Origin: Microcystis aeruginosa NIES-2549
Lineage (GTDB): Bacteria; Cyanobacteriota; Cyanobacteriia; Cyanobacteriales; Microcystaceae
Length of the DNA stretch: 32,000 nucleotides
Assembly: GCF_000981785.2 (NCBI RefSeq)
Contig: NZ_CP011304.1
Coordinates: 900,001-932,000, forward strand
Direction of reading: 5' to 3'
Shown here: piece after piece, positions 9,258 to 18,246 of the stretch
Position numbering within the stretch: position 1 is the first letter of the stretch
Layout of the letters: each line of letters opens with the position of its first letter
The notes under the pieces: generated by a model
What the model was told of the DNA's origin: nothing
Database searches by the model: none
What the model saw: the letters and a program-made list of their open reading frames with translations, nothing else
Made by a program: the position numbers and the translations under genes

Positions 9258-9543
9258 TGCTATATACTGATCAGGCGATGACCTTATTTTAGAGCAATCA
9301 CACTACTAAATTAGCCCTTGAATCAAAAGTTGTTAAATGGGATTTGAACCCGCAACCGGCTACTTACAAATCAGCCCTGCATAATTGATAAAACCCTTTT
9401 CCCACAACAAACACAGGGCCATCTCAATCCTTGACAACCGCTTTCGCCAGAATTACAGCCAGCCGAGAGATTGTCTTCCCTAGTCGATGAACATCTGGTT
9501 AAACTTCATCTTGATGAGAAAAGCTGTAACACAACTAAAGTTT

Positions 9544-10584
9544 TTAAATTGAATAATCGATAACTTTCTCACTTTTATTGTCAAAATCAGTGAGTAGGGT
9601 CGCTTTTCTCGGTTTTAAATGTACCGTTTGTTCTGGTTGTAACTGTAATTGCTTGTATTCCTCTCGATTGAGGTAAGCTACCACCATTTCCCCATCAGCT
9701 AACATTAATTCTACCTGTATTTCCCAGCCTAAATGAATAACTCTTTTTACCACTGCCCAACTATTCAACCCATCTTGATTGGGCATAATTTCGAGGTCGT
9801 GGGGACGGATAAAAACGGTGGAATTATCCCCCGGATGATGTCCATTTCCTAATCCTGCTAAACTGGGTAAGATATTCACTTCCCCAATAAACTGCATCAC
9901 AAAAGGTGTGGCTGGATGATCGTAAATTTCGGCGGGAGAACCCACCTGTTCAATTTTACCATGATTCATCACAACAATCGTATCGGCCACTTCCATTGCT
10001 TCCTCTTGATCGTGGGTAACAAAAACACTGGTAACGTGAACTTCTTCGTGTAAATTTCTCAGCCATACCCTTAATTCTTTTCTAACTTTTGCATCTAAAG
10101 CTCCAAAGGGTTCATCTAATAATAATACATTCGGTTGAATGGCTAAAGCGCGGGCTAAAGCTACTCGCTGCCGTTGTCCTCCCGATAATTGGGCGGGGTA
10201 GCGATCGCCTAATCCTTGTAATTGAATTAATTCTAATAGTTCCTCAACTTTTTTCTTAATTACTGGCGATTTTTGCTGGCGAATTTCTAGCCCAAAAGCA
10301 ATATTTTGACGAACAGTTAAATGTTTAAATAGGGCATAATGTTGGAAAACAAAGCCTATATTTCTCCGTCTAGGATCAAGATGGGTGGTATCTTGTCCGT
10401 TAATGATAATTGCGCCACTATCGGGAGTTTCTAATCCCGCAATTGAACGTAATAAGGTGGATTTTCCCGATCCCGATGGTCCGAGAAGGGCGACTAATTT
10501 GCCTTCAGGAATGGTTAAACTGATATTATCTAAGGCTTGAAAATTGCCGAAACGTTTAGAAACTTGCTGGATGATAATACTCAT
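9544..10584 (-). CDS. cysA: Sulfate/thiosulfate ABC transporter ATP-binding protein CysA
   Basis: Walker [36 protein letters not shown] and a C-terminal TOBE-like region. ATG 10584 ([12 protein letters not shown]) is the plausible start. The upstream 17 codons lie in a palindromic repeat. Confidence 0.92.
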   Translation of the reverse strand: MSIIIQQVSKRFGNFQALDNISLTIPEGKLVALLGPSGSGKSTLLRSIAGLETPDSGAIIINGQDTTHLDPRRRNIGFVFQHYALFKHLTVRQNIAFGLEIRQQKSPVIKKKVEELLELIQLQGLGDRYPAQLSGGQRQRVALARALAIQPNVLLLDEPFGALDAKVRKELRVWLRNLHEEVHVTSVFVTHDQEEAMEVADTIVVMNHGKIEQVGSPAEIYDHPATPFVMQFIGEVNILPSLAGLGNGHHPGDNSTVFIRPHDLEIMPNQDGLNSWAVVKRVIHLGWEIQVELMLADGEMVVAYLNREEYKQLQLQPEQTVHLKPRKATLLTDFDNKSEKVIDYSI

Positions 10585-10610
10585 AATTTTTAGGTTTTTT
10601 GTAGAACGTA

Positions 10611-10636
10611 GGTTGGGTTGAAGCATGAAACCCAAC
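10611..10636. repeat. Small palindromic repeat element (GTTGGGTT-N9-AACCCAAC)
   Basis: An 8-bp perfect stem flanks gaagcatga, within cgtaggttgggttgaagcatgaaacccaacg. A half-copy-like sequence ggttgggtttcgc occurs near 1772-1784. Confidence 0.7.
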
Positions 10637-10665
10637 GCCCGCTCATATTTTTAGGTTAATTGTAG

Positions 10666-11529
10666 TTAAGTAGTATGAATTTTGTGGGCGGTTTTACGTT
10701 CGAGAATTTCTTTGATAATTAAAGTAACTCCCGCTAGTAAGGCGAGAATAGCCGCCGCACTAAAAGCAGCAGGAGTGAGATAATTTTTATAAGCCTGTTC
10801 TACGAAAATTGGCAGGGTGGCAGTTCTACCTAAAATACTGCCAGAAACCACAGAAACTGCCCCAAATTCTCCCATCGCCCGGGCATTAGTTAACAGCACT
10901 CCGTACATCAACCCCCAACGAATATTGGGTAAAGTGACGCGCCAGAAAATCTGCCAATCATTTGCCCCTAAAGTGCGCCCCGCTTCCTCTTGTTCTAAGC
11001 CAATTTCTTCTAAGACTGGGATAACTTCTCTAGCGACAAAAGGCATAGTAACAAATATGGTTGCTAATACCATTCCGGGTAAAGCAAAAAGTATTTTTAT
11101 ACTGAAAAGTTCTAGAAAAGAACCTAACCAACCATTGCGCCCATAGAGCAGTACAATCATTAAACCCGCTACCACGGGAGAAACGGCAAAAGGTAAGTCA
11201 ATTAAACTAATTAATAAAGTTTTACCACGAAATTGATTGCGAGCAATTACCCAAGCGGCACAAAGTCCAAAAATTGTGTTTAAAGGTACAGTAATTAGGG
11301 CAATAATTACTGTTAATCTTACCGCTTCGATAAAGTCAGAAGTTCCCGCCGCTTCTAAAAAAGCTTGGAATCCATTGCGAAAAGCATAGTAAAATACTGC
11401 CGCTGCCGGAATAAATAATAATAGTGCCAGATAGACAAGGGCGATGATAATTAGTAGGGGTTTGTAATCCCACTCTTTCGGTTTAGTTGATTTTTTTAGA
11501 CTCAGCATTTTTGATCTGTCTCCAGTCAT
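10666..11529 (-). CDS. cysW: Sulfate ABC transporter permease CysW
   Basis: 287-aa polytopic protein with the CysW-type DLPFAVSPVVAGL and EAA-loop region (EEAGRTLGANDWQIFWRVTLP). Positioned between cysT and cysA. Confidence 0.9.
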   Translation of the reverse strand: MTGDRSKMLSLKKSTKPKEWDYKPLLIIIALVYLALLLFIPAAAVFYYAFRNGFQAFLEAAGTSDFIEAVRLTVIIALITVPLNTIFGLCAAWVIARNQFRGKTLLISLIDLPFAVSPVVAGLMIVLLYGRNGWLGSFLELFSIKILFALPGMVLATIFVTMPFVAREVIPVLEEIGLEQEEAGRTLGANDWQIFWRVTLPNIRWGLMYGVLLTNARAMGEFGAVSVVSGSILGRTATLPIFVEQAYKNYLTPAAFSAAAILALLAGVTLIIKEILERKTAHKIHTT

Positions 11530-11549
11530 ACTCTAATATTTTTTACTCT

Positions 11550-12392
11550 TTACTTAACTCTGTATTTTTGCCCCCATTGCTGCAGGAAATTAATTACTAC
11601 TAACATGAACAAAGAAACCAGTAATAAAACCATGCCGATTACTGTCGCCCCTGTGTAATCATATTCCTCTAGTCTTTGGAAGATTAAAACTGGGGCAATT
11701 AAATCCTTAAAGGGAATATTAGAGGAGATAATAACTACGGAACCATATTCACCGATCGCTCTGGCAAAACCGAGGGCAACTCCTGTTAAAATAGCCGGTA
11801 GTATTGTGGGAAAAATCACTCGCCAAAAGATTTGCCAAGAGGAAGCACCGAGGGATAAAGCCGCCTCTTCTACCTCTTTTTCCATTTCCTGTAAAACTGG
11901 CTGTAAGGTGCGGACAATGAAGGGTAAAGCGATAAATAACATCGCCACAAAAACCCCTAAAATGGTAAAGGATATCTTAATGCCAAAGGGGGCAAAAAAT
12001 TGACCGAGCCAACCCTTATCACTGTAAACTGTGGCGAGGACTAAACCAGCAACAGAAGTGGGTAAAGCAAAGGGCAAATCCACACAAGCATCGACAATTT
12101 TTTTACCCGGGAATCGATAACGCACTAACACCCAAGCGATAATAGTGCCAAAAACTCCGTCAATTAATCCGGCGATTAAGGAAGTCAAAAAAGTGACTTG
12201 GTAAGCGGATAAAGAAATCGGTAAAGTGGCAACACGCCAAAATTCAGCAAAACCAAGAGTTAGGGATTTAGCAAATAGTGCCGCTGCTGGTAAAACCAAC
12301 AAAACCACTAGATAACTAATGGTAATTACCCAAGGAATAGAAACTTTTTTCAGGGGTTGACTGGGAGATAAAGATAATTGTGGGTTAGCCAT
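11550..12392 (-). CDS. cysT: Sulfate ABC transporter permease CysT
   Basis: DLPFALPTSVAGL and EEAALSLGASSWQIFWRVIFP. First permease after the binding-protein gene. Confidence 0.9.
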   Translation of the reverse strand: MANPQLSLSPSQPLKKVSIPWVITISYLVVLLVLPAAALFAKSLTLGFAEFWRVATLPISLSAYQVTFLTSLIAGLIDGVFGTIIAWVLVRYRFPGKKIVDACVDLPFALPTSVAGLVLATVYSDKGWLGQFFAPFGIKISFTILGVFVAMLFIALPFIVRTLQPVLQEMEKEVEEAALSLGASSWQIFWRVIFPTILPAILTGVALGFARAIGEYGSVVIISSNIPFKDLIAPVLIFQRLEEYDYTGATVIGMVLLLVSLFMLVVINFLQQWGQKYRVK

Positions 12393-12411
12393 TGTTAATT
12401 ATTGCTAGAGA

Positions 12412-12753
12412 TTACCAATTGTCTGCTTCTTCAAGAACTTGTGCTGAATCATACCAAACTTCTACATCTAAATCTGCCAGATAGGAAAGGGCATTTTCTA
12501 TACCTTGAGAGTTGCCTTGTAGTTGTAGATCAAACCAGCCATCTTGATTATTATTGGCAGCTAACAAAGCGGAAAATATATTCACTTTTAGACCGGGAAA
12601 AGACCCTAAACGTGCTATAATTGGCTCGTTAATATATTGTTTAGGAACCCGAATTTTTATTCGTCGGGAAGTGGGGCGATCAAGTCCCGATTGATCGAGA
12701 TGTAAGTCACTTTGGGGATGATTAATAGTTTGCCATTGGGGTTGATTATCCAT
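12412..12753 (-). CDS. Stand-alone NIL-domain protein
   Basis: IKIRVPKQYINEPIIARL ... VNIFSALL ... GWFDLQLQG ... ALSYL resembles the ferredoxin-like NIL domain found at the C-terminus of MetN-type ATPases. It occupies the sbpA-cysT gap, as a small ORF does in other cyanobacterial sulfate clusters. Confidence 0.65.
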   Translation of the reverse strand: MDNQPQWQTINHPQSDLHLDQSGLDRPTSRRIKIRVPKQYINEPIIARLGSFPGLKVNIFSALLAANNNQDGWFDLQLQGNSQGIENALSYLADLDVEVWYDSAQVLEEADNW

Positions 12754-12764
12754 AGTTTTTCTCC

Positions 12765-13808
12765 TTAGGATTTACCAGCTTTAGTCAGAATTTTATCGAA
12801 CAAGCCTCCATCATCAAAAAATTGCTTTTGTACCTGATCCCAACCGCCTAAATCCTGCACGGTAAAGAGATTTTTTATCTGAGGAAATTTACTCTCAAAC
12901 TCTTTAGCTACCGTCGGTTCAACGGGACGAAACCCCACCTGAGCAAATTCTCTTTGGGCTGCGGGAGTAAATAAAAACTGCACAAAAGCTTCCGCCACTT
13001 TTCTCGTACCTTTTTTATCCACATTGGCATCAACAACCGCCACGGGATTATCAATAGAAATATTATAATCAGTGGGAACAGTATAGGCTAAATTCTCACC
13101 TTTTTGGTTAGCGAGAATCATCTCGTTTTCGTAATTAATTAGCACATTTCCCTGGCCCTGTTTAAAAAATACATCACTAGATTCGCGAGCATCTCTAGGT
13201 AAAACTGGCACATTTTTAAAGACTTTTTCGACAAAAGTTTGCGCCTCTTGTTCACTGCCTCCCGCTTGCGTCACCGAACCCCAAAGAGCGAGAAAATTCC
13301 AGCGCGCTCCGCCAGAAGTCTTGGGATTAGCGGTAATAACTTTAATATTATCCTTGGCTAAATCTGACCATTTATTAATTTTAATATTGGCATCACGAGG
13401 AACAAAAGCCACTACAGATTTATGAACAATAGAGTCATTGGGAGCTTCTTTTTCCCAACCGGGTTGAATTAATCCCGCTTGCTCAATTTTCTTGGTATCC
13501 AAAGCTAAAGCCAAAGCTACCACATCCGCTTCTAAACCATCGATAACGGCGCGAGTTTGGGAACCGGAACCACCATAACTCTGTTCAAAAGTTACTTTTT
13601 GCCCCGTTTTTTGTTGCCATTCCTCGACAAATTTGGGAATGATTTTTTCGTAGGCACTTTGGGTGACAGCATAGGAAACAAGTGTCACAGTCACGGGTTT
13701 TTGGCTGTCATTGCCGCTATTGGTGGGGGATGGGGTGCAAGATGCCAGCATTCCTCCCGTCAGGACAGTTGCCATGAGTAGGGATAAACAAGACTGGGAT
13801 GACTGCAT
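12765..13808 (-). CDS. sbpA: Sulfate-binding periplasmic protein SbpA
   Basis: Lipoprotein-type signal (LASCTP), sulfate/thiosulfate-binding protein pattern (YGGSGSQTRAVIDGLEADVVALAL, NPKTSGGARWNFLALWG). First gene of the cys transport operon. Confidence 0.9.
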   Translation of the reverse strand: MQSSQSCLSLLMATVLTGGMLASCTPSPTNSGNDSQKPVTVTLVSYAVTQSAYEKIIPKFVEEWQQKTGQKVTFEQSYGGSGSQTRAVIDGLEADVVALALALDTKKIEQAGLIQPGWEKEAPNDSIVHKSVVAFVPRDANIKINKWSDLAKDNIKVITANPKTSGGARWNFLALWGSVTQAGGSEQEAQTFVEKVFKNVPVLPRDARESSDVFFKQGQGNVLINYENEMILANQKGENLAYTVPTDYNISIDNPVAVVDANVDKKGTRKVAEAFVQFLFTPAAQREFAQVGFRPVEPTVAKEFESKFPQIKNLFTVQDLGGWDQVQKQFFDDGGLFDKILTKAGKS

Positions 13809-13978
13809 CGGCGGCGCTCCTAAAATTTACTCTGAGGTTGTATCTGTTTTCAGGCGTGTTTTAATCCTACAGCATAGGAAACAAAATTTCAATACATTTA
13901 TAAAACAAACTTGAAACCAAGTTAGGAGAAGAGAAACTGTGAGAAGATAGAATCAGTGCTACATCTAGGTTTGAGACT

Positions 13979-14758
13979 ATGGGCAAGAGCGTCAAAGCCA
14001 AAAAAACAACCCTCCTACAACAACTGATTAACCAGAGTTTTCTCTTTCGCGGACTAGAGGAAGCTTGGTTAAGTCAGTATCTCGATGCCGACAATCTCAA
14101 GCTAGAGACGCTATTTTCCAATCGTCCCGTCTATACGGCTTTTCTCCCCGATGAATTTCTAGATGTTTTGTATGTGATTTTGAATGAGGGTGTAATCGTC
14201 GTCCGCAGCACTCCCCTCGACCGGATTATTGCCATTACCTACCCCGGCGGCTGTTTTGGCATGAGGAGTTTACCCTTTAGTTATGGTTTAGCCAGTCGCG
14301 CCTTTCCCTGTTTGGTGGAATCCTATAAAACCACCCACGTCCTGAAAATTCCCTTATCGGCGCTAGAAAAGATTTACAACGATAACGAAAGTTTTCGTCA
14401 ACGGTACTGTTTTTTATTTGAATTACAGCAAAAATTCGAGTATCATTTGCTTAATTGCAGTAGCTATCCACCCCAAGCTGTAGCCACTTTACTCAGAGCT
14501 TTAATCTATCAAGAAAGAGAATTAGGCAGTCAACCGAGTGCTGAAAATATCTATACTTTTGATCTATCCGTAGATGTGATTGCTCGCGCTTGTCAACTCA
14601 ATCAACGCACCGTCGAACAGGTATTAAAAGGATTGCAAAACGTGGGATTAATTGCCTCAGAATCGACGGGGGATTTAATTCGGGTACTGGATGCCGAGGG
14701 TTTAAAAGAAGTGTACAGTGCCACCAGGGATAAAGTTAATTGGTGGCCCCTCAGATAA
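13979..14758 (+). CDS. cysR: Crp/Fnr-family transcriptional regulator, CysR-like by position
   Basis: N-terminal cNMP-binding-like beta-roll start (FLFRGLEEAWL) and C-terminal HTH (IARACQLNQRTVEQVLKGLQNVGLI). Divergent from sbpA, like cysR of the Synechococcus sulfate cluster. The symbol rests on synteny. Confidence 0.65.
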   Translation: MGKSVKAKKTTLLQQLINQSFLFRGLEEAWLSQYLDADNLKLETLFSNRPVYTAFLPDEFLDVLYVILNEGVIVVRSTPLDRIIAITYPGGCFGMRSLPFSYGLASRAFPCLVESYKTTHVLKIPLSALEKIYNDNESFRQRYCFLFELQQKFEYHLLNCSSYPPQAVATLLRALIYQERELGSQPSAENIYTFDLSVDVIARACQLNQRTVEQVLKGLQNVGLIASESTGDLIRVLDAEGLKEVYSATRDKVNWWPLR

Positions 14759-14777
14759 GTAGGTTTGGCCTTATTTA

Positions 14778-15455
14778 TTATTGCCATTGACAGCGCTTTA
14801 AAGCATCTTCGGCAGCCGCTTTGGTGGCATCCTGTTTCCGTTTACCTTTACCTGTACCGTAGAGAAGGTTATTAACCCGCACTTCGGCAGTAAATTCCCT
14901 AGCGTGGGGGGGTCCTGTCACATCGATGATCGTATATTCTGGATTAGAGGCAAAATTGGCCAGGGCCCACTGTTGAAAGAGATTTTTGGCATCGATAAAA
15001 GATGGCGATTCCGATTGTTGGGAGACTAAATGAGAGGCTACAGGGATAAAAAGTTGGTGCAGATAGTTTTTAACCGCATTTAACCCCGAATCTAGATAAT
15101 AAGCCCCAATTATCGCTTCAAAAGTGTCCGCTAATAGGGTAGGATTCGATCGCCCCCGATCTTTAATTGCCCCCTTACCCAAACGCATTAACTCCCCCAG
15201 GCCGATTTCGATGCCTAATTGCGCTAATTGTTCTTCTTTGACCAAATTTGACCGCAAACGAGTTAATTCGGCCTCGTTCATGGCGGGATATTTCTGATAC
15301 AAAAGTTCGCCCACCAAAAAAGCCAAAATCGCATCGCCCAAAAATTCTAGGCGCTCGTTATTTTCCGTCAATTGGGACTGTTCATTAACATAGGAACGAT
15401 GGGTTAAAGCTTGGGTGAGAAGGAGAGCATTTTGAAAAGGAGGCAAACAAGACAT
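14778..15455 (-). CDS. rnc: Ribonuclease III
   Basis: LTHRSY, signature ERLEFLGDAIL, and a C-terminal dsRBD (PHAREFTAEV ... GKGKRKQDATKAAAEDAL). ATG 15455 (MSCLPPFQ) gives 225 aa. The ORF extension to 15650 is spurious. Confidence 0.93.
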   Translation of the reverse strand: MSCLPPFQNALLLTQALTHRSYVNEQSQLTENNERLEFLGDAILAFLVGELLYQKYPAMNEAELTRLRSNLVKEEQLAQLGIEIGLGELMRLGKGAIKDRGRSNPTLLADTFEAIIGAYYLDSGLNAVKNYLHQLFIPVASHLVSQQSESPSFIDAKNLFQQWALANFASNPEYTIIDVTGPPHAREFTAEVRVNNLLYGTGKGKRKQDATKAAAEDALKRCQWQ

Positions 15456-15513
15456 TACAGAAATGATCAAGTCAAGAGCATTTCTTATCTTAATCCGACC
15501 CCACCCCGAATAG

Positions 15514-16068
15514 ATGAGACGAACGATCCTTTTTTTACTGTTTTTTCCGGCTAGTTTAGGCATAATCTCCCAAGTATTCTCACCGGAAAACCTATCCGCT
15601 GCTATTCTTGCCCTAGGTACCCTGGTGATGTGTATGGAACAGGCACGCATGGCAGCGGTGGACTTGGCAGAAATTGCCCAATTTCAGCAAAAAACCAGCG
15701 ATCCTCGCCTCGATCGCTTTTTTATAGTTACAATTAGTACAATTGTTTTAGAATTAGCGGGCTTTTATCTGGCTGCCCTCTGGATAGGATGGGGAGCTTT
15801 AATAGTTTTAGTTAGTCAAATTTGGTTTCATTGTTTAGCCAAAATTCAACTGCAGCCAAGCACGGGAAAAATTATTGACCATGGCATAGGGCCACGTTTA
15901 CCCATCTTACTCGCTGACGGAATCGGCATAATCTTCGTGGCTTTCTGGTTAGCCAAAATTGCCACCCTAATTATGGCCATGACTTTAACGACAATGTTAT
16001 TAATCTACGGCTCTATTAAGTATAGACCTCTTGTCAAAATCAAAAATCTTCCCTTGGTTGAGGAGTAG
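15514..16068 (+). CDS. Integral membrane protein, unknown function
   Basis: 184 aa with 4-5 hydrophobic segments. The start is uncertain (internal Met codons MCMEQARM). Confidence 0.5.
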   Translation: MRRTILFLLFFPASLGIISQVFSPENLSAAILALGTLVMCMEQARMAAVDLAEIAQFQQKTSDPRLDRFFIVTISTIVLELAGFYLAALWIGWGALIVLVSQIWFHCLAKIQLQPSTGKIIDHGIGPRLPILLADGIGIIFVAFWLAKIATLIMAMTLTTMLLIYGSIKYRPLVKIKNLPLVEE

Positions 16069-16245
16069 GTAGCCAGTATTCGGTCGTCAGGAGAATCAAA
16101 AATGAGCTTTAATCAATTAAATTCTCTATTTAGAGATTTTATGCCTATTTTTCTCATTTTTGAACTCTCAAAAATTAATTATCGTTGAGCTTGCCGCTAG
16201 AGGATTTGAGCGCATTTTTCTCTCAGACATCAGCCCTCCTTTGCT

Positions 16246-16268
16246 AAAATGATAATCATTATCATTTT
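16246..16268. promoter_or_regulatory. Fur-family (Zur-type) operator, perfect 11-1-11 palindrome
   Basis: AAAATGATAATCATTATCATTTT. The core TGATAATCATTATCA (16250-16264) equals the 7-1-7 Fur-family consensus. It ends 8 nt before the thrS ATG and overlaps TAAAAT (16245-16250). Confidence 0.7.
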
Positions 16269-16276
16269 AACTGGCA

Positions 16277-18133
16277 ATGGTCAATCAAATTAAGTCCCCC
16301 CTGGCAGAAAGCCCCGTTATCCAAGAAGATTCGCAAAAAATAGTAAAAATACGCCATACTTGCGCCCATATCTTAGCGATGGCCGTACAAACTCTCTTTC
16401 CTGAAACCAAAGTCGCTATTGGTCCCTGGACAGAAACGGGATTCTACTACGATTTTGATCGCCCAACACCCTTTACCCCCGAAGATTTGGAGAAAATAGC
16501 GGCAGAAATGGGGCGAATTATCGGGCAAAACCTGCCAATTATCCGAGAAGTGCTGGAAAGAAGCGAAATTACCGCAGAAATCGAGCGCCTTAATCAACCC
16601 TACAAAAAGTTAATTTTAGAGAGAATTCCCCCAGATGAAACCATTACCCGTTATTTTATCGGTAGTCCGGACGCAGGACGGAGCGATCGAGAACCCTCGT
16701 TAATTGATGGTGCTGTTTCTCCCCCAGAAGAATTTTGGTGGGATCTGTGCGCGGGACCCCATCTCAACTCGACGGGGGAAATTAACCCAGATGCTTTCGT
16801 CTTGGAGAGTGTAGCGGGTGCTTATTGGCAAGGAGATGAAAAACAGCCGCAATTACAGCGAATTTACGGCACAGCTTGGCAAACCCCCGCAGAATTACAA
16901 AATTATCTCCAACAAAAAGAAGAAGCGCAGCGACGAGATCATCGCAAATTGGGACAACAATTAAAATTATTTAGCATCCAAGAAGATGCCGGTGGCGGCT
17001 TAGTTTTTTGGCATCCCCGGGGTGCAACAATGCGTTATTTAATCGAAGATTATTGGCGCCAAGCTCATTTAGAAGCGGGTTATCAATTTCTTTATACTCC
17101 CCATCTAGCTAATTTAGATCTGTGGAAAACTTCTGGACATTGGGACTTTTATCGCGACAATATGTTTGAGGCGATCGAGTTAGAACAGCAAAGCTATCAA
17201 ATTAAGCCGATGAATTGTCCTTTTCATGTTTTAACCTATCAAAATGACCTGCATTCCTATCGAGAATTTCCCCTCAGATGGGCAGAATTAGGCACAGTTT
17301 ATCGTTACGAGCGATCGGGGGTTTTACACGGATTAATGCGGGTGCGAGGTTTTACTCAAGATGATGCTCATATTTTTTGTTTGCCAGAACAAATTGCCGC
17401 AGAGATTCTAGGAGTTTTGAATTTAACCGAGAAAATTCTCTCCGATTTTGGCTTTACTAATTATCAGATAAATTTATCGACTCGTCCCAGTAAATCAGTG
17501 GGTAGTGATAGTGTTTGGGAATTGGCAACGGCGGCTCTAATTGAGGCCTTAAATGCTAAAAAGTGGGATTATATTGAGGATCAGGGAGGTGGGGCTTTTT
17601 ATGGTCCGAAAATTGATATAAAAATTCAAGATGCGATCGGTAGAATGTGGCAATGTTCCACGATTCAGGTCGATTTTAACTTGCCAGAACGCTTTGATAT
17701 GCAATATGTCGCTAGGGATGGTAGTCGCGAAAGACCGATTATGATTCATCGAGCTATTTTTGGCTCTTTGGAAAGATTTTTTGGTATTTTAATCGAGAAT
17801 TATGCGGGAGATTTTCCTCTCTGGTTAGCACCTATTCAAGTCCGTTTATTACCCGTTAGTGATGAACAGCAGCATTATGCTTTAGGGGTGGCAATGCAGT
17901 TAAAACAAGCTGGTTATCGAGTGGAAATCGATAAAAGTGGTGAGCGTTTAGGTAAACAAATTCGTACAGGAGAACTAGAAAAAATACCTGTCTTAGCTGT
18001 GATTGGAAAACGAGAAGTTAGCAGTAAAACTCTAAGTGTTCGCACTCGACAAGGGGGTGATTTAGGTTCGATGACGCTGGCAGATTTATTAGAAAAAATG
18101 CAAACAGCGATCCTATCTAAAACTAATCTCTGA
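16277..18133 (+). CDS. thrS: Threonyl-tRNA synthetase (no N-terminal TGS domain)
   Basis: Editing-domain HxxxH (HTCAH, aa 27-31) and DLCAGPH. Class II catalytic core with zinc ligands in MNCPFH, QDDAHIF, IMIHRA. C-terminal anticodon-binding domain. Confidence 0.96.
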   Translation: MVNQIKSPLAESPVIQEDSQKIVKIRHTCAHILAMAVQTLFPETKVAIGPWTETGFYYDFDRPTPFTPEDLEKIAAEMGRIIGQNLPIIREVLERSEITAEIERLNQPYKKLILERIPPDETITRYFIGSPDAGRSDREPSLIDGAVSPPEEFWWDLCAGPHLNSTGEINPDAFVLESVAGAYWQGDEKQPQLQRIYGTAWQTPAELQNYLQQKEEAQRRDHRKLGQQLKLFSIQEDAGGGLVFWHPRGATMRYLIEDYWRQAHLEAGYQFLYTPHLANLDLWKTSGHWDFYRDNMFEAIELEQQSYQIKPMNCPFHVLTYQNDLHSYREFPLRWAELGTVYRYERSGVLHGLMRVRGFTQDDAHIFCLPEQIAAEILGVLNLTEKILSDFGFTNYQINLSTRPSKSVGSDSVWELATAALIEALNAKKWDYIEDQGGGAFYGPKIDIKIQDAIGRMWQCSTIQVDFNLPERFDMQYVARDGSRERPIMIHRAIFGSLERFFGILIENYAGDFPLWLAPIQVRLLPVSDEQQHYALGVAMQLKQAGYRVEIDKSGERLGKQIRTGELEKIPVLAVIGKREVSSKTLSVRTRQGGDLGSMTLADLLEKMQTAILSKTNL

Positions 18134-18246
18134 AGCTTTTGTATCAACCGGCAAATAGTGGATATCGATCCCTTCCAGGAGAATTTAACAGGGTTGAAAA
18201 AGCCTATTTTCTGTCAATTAATTAACTTAAAAGTGGGTTAGCTGCC

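Noticed and set aside
9337-9375. Possible intact tRNA gene on the minus strand
   Set aside because: Only the anticodon arm, variable loop and T arm can be drawn, with mismatches. The 26 nt upstream cannot form a D arm, and the flanks cannot form an acceptor stem. It is kept only as a fragment (see findings).
10585-10635. 17-codon N-terminal extension of cysA ([17 protein letters not shown])
   Set aside because: It is encoded by the GTTGGGTT...AACCCAAC palindromic repeat. [12 protein letters not shown] at ATG 10584 matches the normal ABC ATPase N-terminus.
10817-12003. Plus-strand ORFs 10817-11146 and 11806-12003
   Set aside because: Antisense shadows inside cysW and cysT. Their proteins are Lys/Ser/Pro-rich with no recognisable domain.
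12402-12620. 72-aa plus-strand ORF
   Set aside because: It overlaps the NIL-domain gene on the opposite strand. The minus-strand product has recognisable domain character and operon context; this one has none.
13557-13914. Plus-strand ORFs 13557-13781 and 13711-13914
   Set aside because: Antisense to the 5' part of sbpA, and running into its promoter region. Composition is typical of a shadow frame.
14602-14787. 61-aa minus-strand ORF
   Set aside because: Antisense to the 3' end of the CysR-like gene, with no support.
15456-15650. 65-codon N-terminal extension of rnc
   Set aside because: RNase III homologues begin just before the LTHRSY/ERLEFLGD region. The extension overlaps the divergent membrane-protein gene and has no RNase III counterpart.
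16277-16400. thrS lacking the N-terminal TGS domain as a sign of truncation or a pseudogene
   Set aside because: The ORF is intact, with editing, catalytic and anticodon-binding domains and all Zn ligands. From memory, cyanobacterial ThrRS proteins are commonly about 600 aa without the N1/TGS domain, so this alone is not anomalous.
16373-18147. Minus-strand ORFs 16373-16597, 17549-17749 and 17914-18147
   Set aside because: All lie antisense within thrS, whose plus-strand product is unambiguous.
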